Below are positions 21,861-34,310 of a DNA stretch of 43,229 bases, one piece after another. Location of the stretch: contig NC_069003.1 of NCBI RefSeq assembly GCF_001194135.2, positions 4,574,529 through 4,617,757 on the forward strand. Reading direction: 5' to 3'. The notes under the pieces are model-generated. The model worked only from the letters and a program-made list of their open reading frames with translations, did not search any database and was not told the DNA's origin. The stretch's first letter is position 1. Each line of letters opens with the position of its first letter. The DNA is from Octopus bimaculoides. Lineage: Eukaryota. The position numbers were made by a program, and so were the translations under genes.

Positions 21861-22838
21861 TTTCAGTCAGTACAAATCAGGCAGGGGAGACAACTCCAAA
21901 TTCCAGCGGCTGATAAAAAAAAAATAAAATAAAATCACACCACGGAAATTTCTCATAATTAACTCTGGAAATAAACATATGGTAAAGAAGTAATTAATGT
22001 CTTAACGATCTGTTTCTATGATTACATATAAAATATAATAACCTGTTTTGTCTCTTGTGCTACCGTTGTGTCGTTACTGTGATGTAGTAATACTACGGGG
22101 ACAAATCTCTCGTACTTAGCCATGATACAACGGATCCAGTTTTTACTGTCTACATGTTATGTAACAAGACAATGAGAGAGTAAGAATAGCACCGCTCCAA
22201 AAGCTAGAAATAATAGTGAAATTTCCATCGAATCACAACCTGCTATACTTAAAAACCAGATGGATGGTCGCGGCTGGAATGCGTCTGATTATAATAGGTC
22301 TACTGGACCTGAACTGTTTCGGAGTTAAGAAAGAATATATAGATACATGAGACATTGTGAGAGCCACTAAACGCTAGAAATAGCAAACAATTTCCCTCAA
22401 CTTCAGACTGTGTATTTTATTTATTTTTATTTATTTAGTTTTGGGTTGTTTTTGTTTGTTTGTTTTTTGTTTTTGCGTCGCTATGCGGTTAGAAGATCGC
22501 CTCACAACTAACCACATGGTTCCGGGTTCAGTCCTACTTGGTTGTACCTTTGGCAAGTCTCTCCTACTATAGTAATAGGCTGACCAAAGCCCTGTGAGTG
22601 GATTTGGTATAAGGAAAATGACAGAATTCTATCGAGTATATACGTTAACACACACTCATACATACATACATACATACATACATACATACATACATAAAAA
22701 CATACATACTGGATCTCGGCGGACTTGGAAACTAGACATCATACACGTGAGGGTGTCGGTGCCTCTTCATAGTTGATCGGTCTGCTAGAAAAAATAGTCA
22801 GATTTCCCTCAAAATATATATCACTTGAGTTTAGAGTA

Positions 22839-22879
<41 letters not shown>

Positions 22880-23969
22880 TAATAATAATGATAAAAAGGC
22901 GGAGTAGTCACAGTTGGATCGCCTCTAGCACAGGTCTGCTCGATCTGGACTGACCTGGAGTTAAAGAAAAACATAAATACATTAAAACATTGAAGGGAAA
23001 CCTCTATATGATCACTCGATCTGTTAGAAATGGCAGCCAAACTTCTATCAGATCCAACGCCATCATATAAAAAATAAATAAACCAAACACTGGATTATAG
23101 AATTTAACGTACATTAGGCCAGACAACTTTTGGAATGGTCATGGTTAGAGTGCCTTCCATCAACTATTAGATACATGTCCATCAAGGCTGACATGGATCC
23201 AATAGCGAAAAATTCAATCGATTAATCGAACTCCAATGTTTTATGTAACTAATTAGTTCGTGAGTTACATATATGTCGCATATGGTGAAGAATAACGTCG
23301 TTAGTCGTATTTTGGCAATGAGATTTTCTTATATCTGTTGCATTTACGACGGCGACATTAACAAGGGAGAAGTCTATGCCATTCAGGCGGAAGAAATATC
23401 ACGAGGGATTTTTAATTCGAAGGAACCGGTTCTTTTTATTACAACGATTTGTAGATCTTTCTCTCACAAACACACACACAATTATATGTCCATATATAAA
23501 TGTATTGTGGGCTTCTGCACAATTTCTATCGACTAAGGCCACGCACAAAGCATTAAGCAACCCGTGAGGCTACATTCGAAGGTGATTTGCCCAACGTACA
23601 CGCAAAGCCTGCCTTCCAAAATATTCCTCACGCTTAGGAAGCGAACATTTTAACCACACAACTATTCCTTCATTATTTGTGTGTTTATGTTATCGACCCA
23701 GGAGAGATAAAAGACGAAATCTATCTTGGCAGGCTTTGAGCTTACATACCACTAGGCACTAAATCTATCGCACAAACCATTCTACCGAACATTTTGGGAG
23801 TGTAATAAAGGTTTTTAAAAAAATGTAATATAAAGGGAGGAAACCTACAAAAAGGTTACTTCCCTTAGCAAAAAGCAAAACCGCATCACAAATATAATGT
23901 AATGCAAATAATATATGAGTATATGCATATATATGTACATGTATGTATATACCTTCATCTACATGTTTA

Positions 23970-24081
23970 GTTCTAGAATGACATTGTCGGGCAAGTGTGA
24001 GAGGCTGGATCTTGCCAGTATGAACTTAAACAAGTAGACTATTTCGGCCAGATATGGTTGGTTTAAATTCTAAAGGGTTAA
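23970..24081. mobile_element. piggyBac-like MITE end
   Basis: Ends AAATTCTAAAGGG|TTAA (a CCCTTT-type TIR with TTAA). The partner TIR was not found. Confidence 0.45.
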
Positions 24082-24396
24082 CAACCCTTTGAACACAAAA
24101 CAAGCCTGAGGCTGTCATGTTTACAGGAGGCAAGGGTCACAGTCCCATCAGCAGCCTTCAACTTCACCCTGCAACCCAATATTTGCACACTATTCGTAAT
24201 AGCCTTATTTGCTTCAAGATTAACCACTCCAAAAAAAAGAATTATATCTAATAGCTGTATTTGTCATGACATAAATACTATCAAGGTTGTTTTGCCCTTG
24301 ACAAAACTATCTACCTATATATATATATATATCATCAATGTATCATTTATCAGGAAAAGAAGCAGATTCTAAAGCATAGAGCAGTAATGTATTTAG

Positions 24397-24482
24397 ATGT
24401 AGTTAAGTCTATGTCCAGTCATAGAGTGTCCAATGGTTTTGCATCCATTGGTTACTCTGATTGGACATAGGCTTAACTGCAT
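24397..24482 (+). ncRNA. Candidate pre-miRNA-like hairpin
   Basis: Manual pairing gives about 37 bp of stem including 4 G-U pairs, one 2-nt bulge, one U-U mismatch and an 8-nt loop. No expression evidence. Confidence 0.35.
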
Positions 24483-24747
24483 GAGATGTGTGTGTGTATG
24501 AATCTATATATGTGTGTGTGTGCGTCTGTATGTCTATGTATTTATATGTGTGTGTGTGTATGTGTGTCTGTATCTATGTGTGTGTATCTATATATTCATA
24601 TATGTATGTGTGTGTGTGTGTGTGTTTGTAAAGAATAAAATATTTTAAATGACTCAACGCACTATAATACAAACAACGGACTATAATAACTGTTGTAACT
24701 TAATCATCCATAGTCTGATTTGATATATATATATATATATATATACA

Positions 24748-24960
24748 TGGTAGTTAGTCTAGATGAGATGCCATTTGGCTTTGTGCCAAGGAAGAGCACC
24801 ACTGATACTATATTTCTGGTAAGGCAACTGCTGGAGAAATGCATAGCCAAAAATAAACCTCTGTACTTGACTTTTGCTGCCTTGGAGAAAGCCGTTGACA
24901 GGATCCTCTGATCCCTTATCTGGTAGCCAATGTGGAGATTAGGGATAGACAAGTGGTTCA
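24748..24960 (+). mobile_element. RTE-clade LINE reverse-transcriptase fragment (decayed)
   Basis: LDEMPFGFVPRKSTTDTIFLVRQLLEKCIAKNKPLYLTFAALEKAVDRIL matches the RT QFGF..STTDAIF..RQL.EK...FVDLEKAFDRV region. Stops follow. Confidence 0.85.
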
Positions 24961-24964
24961 GACA

Positions 24965-25080
<116 letters not shown>

Positions 25081-25530
25081 ACAGGCTTCTTTCAGTTTCT
25101 GTCTATCAGATCCACTCATAAGGCTTTGATAAACCCGAAGCTATAGTAGAAAAGACACTTGCCCAAAGTGTCATGCAGTGGGACTGAACCAGGAATTATG
25201 TGGTCAGAAAGCAAGCTTCTTAGCACACAGCCACACTCGCACCTATGTATATTTTCCTCTGTTTTTAATTATTTCCATTTTCCCTCAGAGGAAAGATTTG
25301 TTTTTTTTTAATAAAGATACAAAACTTCACCATTGGAATGTAATTAACTAAAACAAATTCACATTTTAAACTTGAGAAAAACTTTACACCTACGTGTGTA
25401 TCAATGCCTGTCCCTCTGTCTATCTCTATGCATGTATGTATGTATGTATGTGTACTTATGTTAATGCATTATTTATATATGCATGCATGTATATAATAAG
25501 CATTTATGCATAAATGTAGAAGCATATGCA

Positions 25531-25573
<43 letters not shown>

Positions 25574-25647
25574 TACACATTTGAGGGTATTGGTTACCCC
25601 AACACAGCCATGGCCATAATGTCTGAAACAAACTAAAGAGTTATGTA

Positions 25648-25725
<78 letters not shown>

Positions 25726-26574
25726 CATATATGTGTGTGTATTATATATATATGCATGAATGTATACACACACACACATACATACATGCATACATACACA
25801 CATACATTTGTATATACATTGAAAATGTATTATCTATGCATATGTATATATATGTATATATATATATATATATATACCATTTAAGAGGCATCAAAATAGA
25901 TATTCCCAGACTTTCTGCTCTTTCTTTAAACATTTTTTATTTACTTACATGTATGTCCATCCACATGCATGTGTGAGCGAGCGTATGTTTGTATGCCTCT
26001 CTGTGCATGCATGTGTGTATGCGTGTATGCATGTGTTAGAATTTCCTTGATGGTTTAATACCAACCTAATAATAACTAACAGAACCCATGGAAGAAATAT
26101 ATAATTCACTCGAACTTCAATGCATAAATTCATATATCTTCATAACAACTGTTTCGTTATGTTAACAATTTTTATGATAATGAAGCTTCAAAGGAACAGT
26201 AGTCATTGAAAAATTAGAATTTAGATAACTAATAATATAATAGATTCTGAACTCCTTTTGCTGCCAGGCATTCCATCACTCCATCCATTGTAGTGTTTAA
26301 CTACAAGTTGAGTTCACTGGCATCCTTCAACTCTCAATATATGTATAAGTGCTAAGATAGTTTTCAAAAAGACTTTTTTGATCTGTAAATGAAACGAAAA
26401 CTATATTTGCATGTGAGACAAATAAATGCTAGAACTGTAGCATAGTCACCGTATTTCAAATGTGAGTTCATTGTTCTTTAAACAACGTTGCTTGTCATCG
26501 TTATCTCTTAATCTCAGCATCATCATCATTCAACACCTGTTTTCCATGTTGACATGGGTTGGATGGTTTGACAA

Positions 26575-26681
26575 GAGCAACAAGGCCAGGAGGAGCAAGG
26601 CCCGGAAGAGCAAGGCCAGGAAGAGCAAGGCCAGGAAGAGCAAGGCCAGGAAGAGCAAGGCCAGGAAGAGCAAGGCCAGGA
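26575..26681 (+). repeat. 15-nt minisatellite (GAGCAAGGCCAGGAA)n running into a gap
   Basis: About 7 units visible, five perfect. It follows an RTE 3'-end remnant at 26520-26575. Confidence 0.9.
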
Positions 26682-27464
26682 NNNNNNNNNNNNNNNNNNN
26701 NNNNNNNNNNNNNNNNNNNNNNNNNNNNNNNNNNNNNNNNNNNNNNNNNNNNNNNNNNNNNNNNNNNNNNNNNNNNNNNNNNNNNNNNNNNNNNNNNNNN
26801 NNNNNNNNNNNNNNNNNNNNNNNNNNNNNNNNNNNNNNNNNNNNNNNNNNNNNNNNNNNNNNNNNNNNNNNNNNNNNNNNNNNNNNNNNNNNNNNNNNNN
26901 NNNNNNNNNNNNNNNNNNNNNNNNNNNNNNNNNNNNNNNNNNNNNNNNNNNNNNNNNNNNNNNNNNNNNNNNNNNNNNNNNNNNNNNNNNNNNNNNNNNN
27001 NNNNNNNNNNNNNNNNNNNNNNNNNNNNNNNNNNNNNNNNNNNNNNNNNNNNNNNNNNNNNNNNNNNNNNNNNNNNNNNNNNNNNNNNNNNNNNNNNNNN
27101 NNNNNNNNNNNNNNNNNNNNNNNNNNNNNNNNNNNNNNNNNNNNNNNNNNNNNNNNNNNNNNNNNNNNNNNNNNNNNNNNNNNNNNNNNNNNNNNNNNNN
27201 NNNNNNNNNNNNNNNNNNNNNNNNNNNNNNNNNNNNNNNNNNNNNNNNNNNNNNNNNNNNNNNNNNNNNNNNNNNNNNNNNNNNNNNNNNNNNNNNNNNN
27301 NNNNNNNNNNNNNNNNNNNNNNNNNNNNNNNNNNNNNNNNNNNNNNNNNNNNNNNNNNNNNNNNNNNNNNNNNNNNNNNNNNNNNNNNNNNNNNNNNNNN
27401 NNNNNNNNNNNNNNNNNNNNNNNNNNNNNNNNNNNNNNNNNNNNNNNNNNNNNNNNNNNNNNNN

Positions 27465-27910
27465 CTTACCACACAACTACTCCTGCGCCTATATATATAT
27501 ATTACTCTTTACTCTTTTATTTGTTTCAGTCATTTGACTGTGGCCATGCTGGACCACTGCTTTTAGTCGAGCAAATCGACCCCAGGACTTATTCTTTGGA
27601 AGCCCAGTACTTATTCTATCAGTGTCTTTTGCCGAACCTCTAAGTTACGGGGGCGTAAACACACCAGCATCGGTTGTCAAGNNNNNNNNNNCCGGAACCA
27701 TGTGGTTGGTAAGCAAGCTACTTACCACACAACCACTATTCTTTTATTCTTTTACTTCTTTTCGTCATTTGACTGTGGCCATGTTGGAGCACAAGCTTTA
27801 GTTGAACAAATCGACACCAGGACTTATTCATTGTAAGCTTAATACTTATTCTATCTGTCTGTTTTGCAGAACCGCTAAGTTACAAGGATGTAAGCACATC
27901 AACATCGGTT
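27465..27910 (-). mobile_element. Stacked family-B SINE fragments
   Basis: CATTTGACTGTGGCCATGCTGGA... occurs twice, with 5'-end remnants CTTACCACACAAC. Confidence 0.75.
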
Positions 27911-28870
27911 TTTCCTGGCGAAAAATATAGTCTCATGATATTAACACAAAAATTTCTAAGGCTAATCATGTGATCTTCCTCTATCAGGCTTGACAGGTTA
28001 AATTCAAGCAGCTTTGATTGTTTGGGATTGTTGATAGACATGTGCACTCAACCATGACAGCTTTGAATTACAGAGCCAAACATATTGTCACATATAATTG
28101 TAGAAGAAACAAAGAACAGACATAAGCAAGCAGGAACTCCTAAAAATTTCTAAACCTAGTCACCCTCAGCCAATCAAATTGTATCCAAAATGGATACTAA
28201 TTTGAGCCTTGTTTTCTCTATAAAAACAAATTTTGAATGCCTAACAGTTGCAGCATGGCTCCATGTCTTCCTGTCTCAGCCTTTGAAAACCAGGGAAATC
28301 TGTGGAATTGGTTAAATCTTTTAACATTTCAAAACAAAACACTAATTATAAACAAAAATTTTACACTCTGTTGCTGCCAGGTGAACTTTAATCTAGCAGA
28401 ACTAGGTCAAAGCTGCTTCATATTTGACCACCTTGTCTATATATTCAAAACACTACGACTATATACTCCTGAATATCCCTTCCATTTTAAAGAAGACTGT
28501 AGGGTATAACACACCATGATGGGGCTAGTTCAGTACTTCTCCATATGGCCCTGGAGTTGGGGGAGATCCATAAAATTTGAAACCAATATTGAAAAACTAC
28601 AATTCTTTCAACCTATCTACCATCAATCCCTCATGGGTGTGATACTGAACAACTGGGTTAGGTGCATCTGTCAGTGTAGATGTGTCTCTTCAGGTGTTTA
28701 GAGGATGTATCTCATTAAAATCAATATATATATATATATATATATACATATATGACAGGCTTCTTTCAGTTTCCATTTATGAAACCCGCTCACAAGGCTT
28801 TGATTGGCCTGAAGCTGTAGTAGAAGACACTTGCCCAAGTTGCCATGCAGTGGGACTGAACCTGGAACAT

Positions 28871-29053
28871 TGTGGTTGGGAAGCAGACTTCTTAGCACAC
28901 AGCCATGAGTGTATCTGATCAACAAAGCATTCGAATACTATATGTGTGAAGAGTAAATCCACTGAATGACAGCTCGGAAGTTAGTCGTCTCAACAAGGTG
29001 ACCTAGAAGACTTGCAATGCAGAGCTAGGTCAATGAGTGAAGCCATCAAGGTT
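28871..29053 (+). repeat. 183-bp direct repeat, copy 1 (copy 2 at 43047-43229)
   Basis: Manual alignment: 7 substitutions in 183 nt, no indels. Confidence 0.95.
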
Positions 29054-29834
29054 TGTTGTAAAACTACAAACTTTTCTAAAGAACCAAAGAATTCAGAAAA
29101 TGTGCATTCGGGAATGGTCTGCTGGCATTGAGGACTTACTTCTCTCTGGTGGCCCAGAAACAGCAAGCAGCATTGGTGGTCCTATAGATATCAGTAATGA
29201 CTCATGTGTTAATAGTCGTTATATCTAAAGACTTTATGAGGTCATTAGCTGTCTGGGACACATCTTTTAAAAAATGTATTTCACCTTAAAGATTTTCTCT
29301 CTCACACACACACACACTCTACATCCATCCATATATCTATCTCTTTATCTCTCTGTCCATCTATCTCTCTATCTGTCTATCCATCCATCCATCCATCCTT
29401 TCTATCTCTCTATCTGTCTGTCTGTCTGTCTATCTGTCTGTCCTTCCATCTGTTGGTCCATCCATCCATCCATGAACAAATCTGTCTATTCATTTGTTTG
29501 CCTGTCTATCCATCTGTCCACTTGTGTGTCTCTGTCTATCAATCGATCGATCTATCTACCTATCATCTATCTATTTATCTATCCACCCCTCCACCCCTCC
29601 ATCCATTCATTAATTTCCTTCCTTCTTTCCTTGTCTCTCTCTTTCCTTCTTCCTTCCTTCCTTCCTTCTCTTCTTTCTTTCTTTCTTGGTGGTGGTGGTG
29701 GTGGTGCTTGTTGGATGACGATGGGGGGAGGGAAAGGTAGTGACGTGGTGAGGGTGGTGATGGTGATGGCGTATATGATAACGACTTGAGATATTTGTTT
29801 CATTACTTTATTATTATTTAAGAGTGTTTAAAGA

Positions 29835-30213
29835 TGTGTGGTAAGTAGCTTACTTCCCACTCACATGGTTCCAGGTTCAATCCCACTGCGCGGCACCTTG
29901 GGCAAGTGTCTTCTACTATAGCCTCGGGCCGACCAAAGCCTTATGAGTGGATTTGGTAGACAGAAACTGAAAGAAGCCCATTGTATATATGTATATATAT
30001 GTGTATGTGTGTGTATATGTTTGTGTGTCTGCGTTTGTCCCCCCAACATCGCTTGCCAACCGATGCTGGTGTGTTTACGTCCCTGTAATTTAGCGGTTCG
30101 GCAAAAGAGACTGATAGAATAAGTACTAGGCTTCCAAAAGAATAAGTCCTGGGGGTCGATTTGCTCGACTAAAGGCGGTGCTCCAGCATGGCCACAGTCA
30201 AAATGACTGAAAC
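29835..30213 (+). mobile_element. tRNA-derived SINE family B (CORE/OR2-like), near full-length young copy
   Basis: Head TGTGGTAAG..GGTTCAATCCC (A/B-box-like), CORE-like GCACCTTGGGCAAGTGTCTTCTACTATAGCC, internal (TG/TA)n, and 3' GGCGGTGCTCCAGCATGGCC. Family naming is from memory of octopus OR2. Confidence 0.8.
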
Positions 30214-30627
30214 NNNNNNNNNNNNNNNNNNNNNNNNNNNNNNNNNNNNNNNNNNNNNNNNNNNNNNNNNNNNNNNNNNNNNNNNNNNNNNNNNNNNNNN
30301 NNNNNNNNNNNNNNNNNNNNNNNNNNNNNNNNNNNNNNNNNNNNNNNNNNNNNNNNNNNNNNNNNNNNNNNNNNNNNNNNNNNNNNNNNNNNNNNNNNNN
30401 NNNNNNNNNNNNNNNNNNNNNNNNNNNNNNNNNNNNNNNNNNNNNNNNNNNNNNNNNNNNNNNNNNNNNNNNNNNNNNNNNNNNNNNNNNNNNNNNNNNN
30501 NNNNNNNNNNNNNNNNNNNNNNNNNNNNNNNNNNNNNNNNNNNNNNNNNNNNNNNNNNNNNNNNNNNNNNNNNNNNNNNNNNNNNNNNNNNNNNNCAAGC
30601 TACTTACCACACAGCCATTCCTACGCC

Positions 30628-30668
<41 letters not shown>

Positions 30669-31659
30669 TCTTATTACAGCTACATACACACATACACCTC
30701 TACTACGTTAGCACACATATATACTCATACTAAGGCGGCGGTGCTACAGCATGGCCGCAGTCAAATGACGGAAACACGTAAAAGAATAAAGGAAATACTA
30801 TTATATGTGTGAGTCACCGATTTACAATCGGTGTTGGTGTGTTTAGGTCCCCGTCTTGAAGCGGTTCGGCAAAAGAACCCAGAGAATAAGTACTCGGCTT
30901 AAAAAAAAAATAAAAAAATAATAAATAATAAAATAAAGAAGTCCTGGGGGTTGAGGTGGGTCCATTTGTTCGAGTAAAACACTTCAAGGCGGTGCTCCAG
31001 CATGGCCGCAGTCAACTGACAGCAATAGACAATAGAATTACGTGTCCACGCAGAAAATATATGAGTGAGTGCTTATACTGGTATGTCTATTTATATAAAG
31101 ACTACAGTTGTGCGTATGTGTGTGTGTGTGTGTGTGCGTGCGTGTGTGTGACTGTCAGATGCTTAGAAACCAAAAGTGAAACAATTTCTGCCGGCAAACC
31201 TGGAATTCACGTGTAAAATTCTTGGAAATAACTCCTACTTCACTTTCTCTTTGCATTCTCTGTCCCTCCCCTTCACTCACTCTACTCCCTCTCTCTCATT
31301 CTTTATTCACTCTCTTTTCCCCTCCTTTCCAATATAACTATTTCTGCTTTTTATCATCCTCTACTCTTTCTCTCTGTCTCTCTCTTTCCCTCTCCTACTT
31401 TTATTCCTTCCTTTCAAACTTTTTCACTTGTCCTACAATATATTCTCTTCCTTTCACCCGTTCACCCTCTTACCCTGTCCCTCTCTTTCCTTAACAAATC
31501 CCTTCTCTCTCTTCTTTTCTCCTTCTTTACAACTTTTCCTCTCACTTCTCTCTCCACTCTTTTCTTCTTTACAACTCTCGCCTTGTCACTTTCTCTCCCC
31601 TTCCCTCTCTCTTACTTACATTTTCCCCATAACTCCTTCAACATATCTTTCTATCTCTC

Positions 31660-32110
31660 CATCTTTCTCTCACTTTCACCCTCTCTTTTCTTAACGCACC
31701 CGTCCCCTTTTCTCTACCCATTTTCCTTCTTCACACCTCTCTAACTTTCTATTCGTCCCCTCTCCTCATATAACCCCCTCCTTCTATATATCTTTCTATC
31801 TATCCATCTTTCTCTCACTTTCACCCTCTCTTTTCTTAACGCACCCCTCCCCTTTTCTCTACCCATTTTCCTTCTTCACACCTCTCTAANNNNNNNNNNT
31901 CTCTAACTTTCTATTCGTCCCCTCTCCTCATATAACCCCCTCCTTCTATATATCTTTCTATCTATCCATCTTTCTCTCACTTTCACCCTCTCTTTTCTTA
32001 ACGCACCCCTCCCCTTTTCTCTACCCATTTTCCTTCTTCACACCTCTCTAACTTTCTATTCGTCCCCTCTCCTCATATAACCCCTCCTTCTATATATCTT
32101 TCTATCTATC
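31660..32110 (+). repeat. Pyrimidine-rich tandem repeat, about 145-nt unit x3, within a CT-rich tract from about 31230
   Basis: CTTTCTCTCACTTTCACCCTCTCTTTTCTTAACGCACCC recurs at about 31663, 31808 and 31969. The third copy straddles a 10-N gap. Confidence 0.8.
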
Positions 32111-32271
32111 TATCCGTCTCTCTGTCTCTCTCAACACCCTCTCTATATACCTTACTCACTCCGCTTCCTGCAATTTCATCATTGACCGTAGCTCTTTAAA
32201 AAAAGAAGACAGATACAGTATAACAGTTAATTTACTTTCACATCGTTAAACACGTAATACGCGCACGATCA

Positions 32272-32328
<57 letters not shown>

Positions 32329-33346
32329 CTCTATATATACCTATATATATTACATGTATATACAAACATATGATACATATAAACTGTCGCTGGAAAAAAC
32401 AAAGTTTTTAAAAGCTGCCGGGTTTGTCCTGTTGAACGTTAGTCTGTCTTTCTTTATATTTCTCGGCCAAACCGTTAATTACCTCAAAGTTACTTCTCTC
32501 CTACGTTGATCCACACCTAAATATACACGTGCGCACACGCTGTCACACATCTCAGGCCTTATATAGTATATATATATACGCACATACACACATATATAAA
32601 GCAAAGCGTGTGTATGCGCACACACGTTTTGTCTTAATCTTTGATCTGTTCTGTTGTTGTCGCAAACTGTTATCATAACTCGCGTATGCGCGTACTCACA
32701 CGCACTCTCATGTTATATCCTTCCCTCGTATGATCTATTTCTTTGTGACACAGTCGCATCTTAAAGGCACATTATAAACACACACACACACGTTACACAC
32801 ACCCACACACACACGTTACACACACACACACATGCTCACGCGTGTATATACGCTCGCACATTCATAGAAACGCATCTTTTCTCTTTATCTCTCACTGCTA
32901 CACACACACACGCAACACACACACACATCACAGCAGACGCAGAGATACTGATGCAAACATCACAAGACACACACACAAACATACATACACACACACACAC
33001 TTATACATACACACACACACACTTATACATACACACAATCGCAGACACATACACCAACGGACGCTGTTAACATACAACATATTATCTTTCTTTCTCTCTT
33101 TCTCCCCCCTCACACATAGACACATACATATACATGTACCATTAGCAATCTATTACATACACACTCACACACAATACGATAAGGTGGACGCAGACAAGGA
33201 CGCTCTAAAACAAATATACACACTGTGAAGAAAAGAATATATATACACACACACACACACGTGCGGTAGAAAAGCTCACAACTATATACACACGTAGATA
33301 CACACACACATATATATACACACACGTATACATAGATACATACACA

Positions 33347-34138
33347 ATGAATCGTTTAGGAAGAAGATTGTGGCGGTTTAGTGTGGTCTACAGTAGAGAC
33401 TATCGTGGTAGTAGTAGAGGTGGTGGCGGCGGCGGTGGTGGTAGTAGTAGTAATAGTAGCAGTGGAGGTGGTGGCCGTGGAAGTCGAGGTGGTGTAGTGC
33501 TCACTGGTGTGTCGTTAGTGATGCTTGGTGGTACTAGTATGACACTGATGGCATCAAATAAACAAAAGGAACCATTCTTAACCTCCGTAGAACCAAAGTT
33601 ATCCTCCGTAGAACCAAAGTTATCCTCCACAGAACAAAAGCCATCCTCCCCAGAACCAAACTTATCCTCTACAGAAGAAAACTCACCCGACACAAAATCA
33701 TATTTACCCTTCACAGAACCAAACTTACTCTTCAAAGAACCAAACTTACTCTTCAAAGAACCAAACGTACCCTCCGCAGAACCAGATTTATGCTCAGAAC
33801 CAGACTACTCCGAAGAGAACCTACCCCGACGCAAGGAGAACCCTCTGGTTGCCTGCATCTCCCGCTTGCTGTGTAGGTTCAAAGCGGACTCGAGCAGCCG
33901 AATCAGTGAGGACCAAAAGCCGTTGAATAAAACAAAGTTACCTGGAAAGTTACCTACCTGTTGCGAGACTGATGTTAGTAAAACGACCAAAGAAGGCCCC
34001 ACCAAACACTGCACCACCCCTTGTGCTGATGAATCGGCGCAACCGTGCACCCCTCCAGGACTTGTCCTCAAGAAGGCCCTTGTTATTTTCCGACACGGAG
34101 CGCGAACCCCCATTCTGACTATTCCCAACATTGAACAG
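33347..34138 (+). CDS. ACP6: Histidine acid phosphatase, lysophosphatidic acid phosphatase type 6-like; coding exon 1 (264 codons)
   Basis: Long ORF from ATG 33347. Catalytic RHGARTP at 34091-34111 within LVLKKALVIFRHGARTPILTIPNIEQ, compared with ACP6 [24 protein letters not shown]. Donor CAG|GTTTGT at 34138/34139, phase 0. The Arg-rich, acid-poor N-terminus resembles a mitochondrial presequence. Confidence 0.88.
33569..33814 (+). repeat. Coding minisatellite, 21-nt / 7-aa unit (EP[K/N]LxSx), about 11 degenerate units
   Basis: TCCGTAGAACCAAAGTTATCC occurs twice in tandem, as does GAACCAAACTTACTCTTCAAA. Protein reads EPFLTSV EPKLSSV EPKLSST EQKPSSP EPNLSST ... EPNLLFK EPNLLFK EPNVPSA EPDLCS EPDYS. 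Confidence 0.9.
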
Positions 34139-34149
34139 GTTTGTCCTCT

Positions 34150-34245
34150 TATTATTATTATTATTATTATTACACATTCTTTATTTTATCCTGTATTACC
34201 CATAATGTTTTTCTTAATGTACCCTTGTGATTAACAAAGAAATCA

Positions 34246-34310
<65 letters not shown>
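34150..34310. repeat. (ATT)n microsatellites just inside ACP6 intron 1
   Basis: Direct inspection. They generate the poly-Ile ORF tails. Confidence 0.95.

Noticed and set aside
23273-23536. 87-aa ORF in unique-looking intergenic DNA
   Set aside because: No recognisable motif, non-ATG start, and no convincing splice pair.
26462-27643. Long ORFs (SKARK, PGLAL, GRARP repeats)
   Set aside because: Translations of a 15-nt minisatellite plus N gap.
27900-28700. Unique-looking intergenic block with short ORFs
   Set aside because: No domain motifs or consistent exon signals found by eye.
29274-29803. 171-aa and overlapping ORFs
   Set aside because: Tetranucleotide microsatellite translations (LSIY/PSIH).
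29835-29900. tRNA-like A/B boxes
   Set aside because: These are heads of tRNA-derived SINEs, with no complete cloverleaf.
33400-34131. Antisense ORFs 33400-33756 and 33805-34131
   Set aside because: Shadows of the repetitive ACP6 exon 1.
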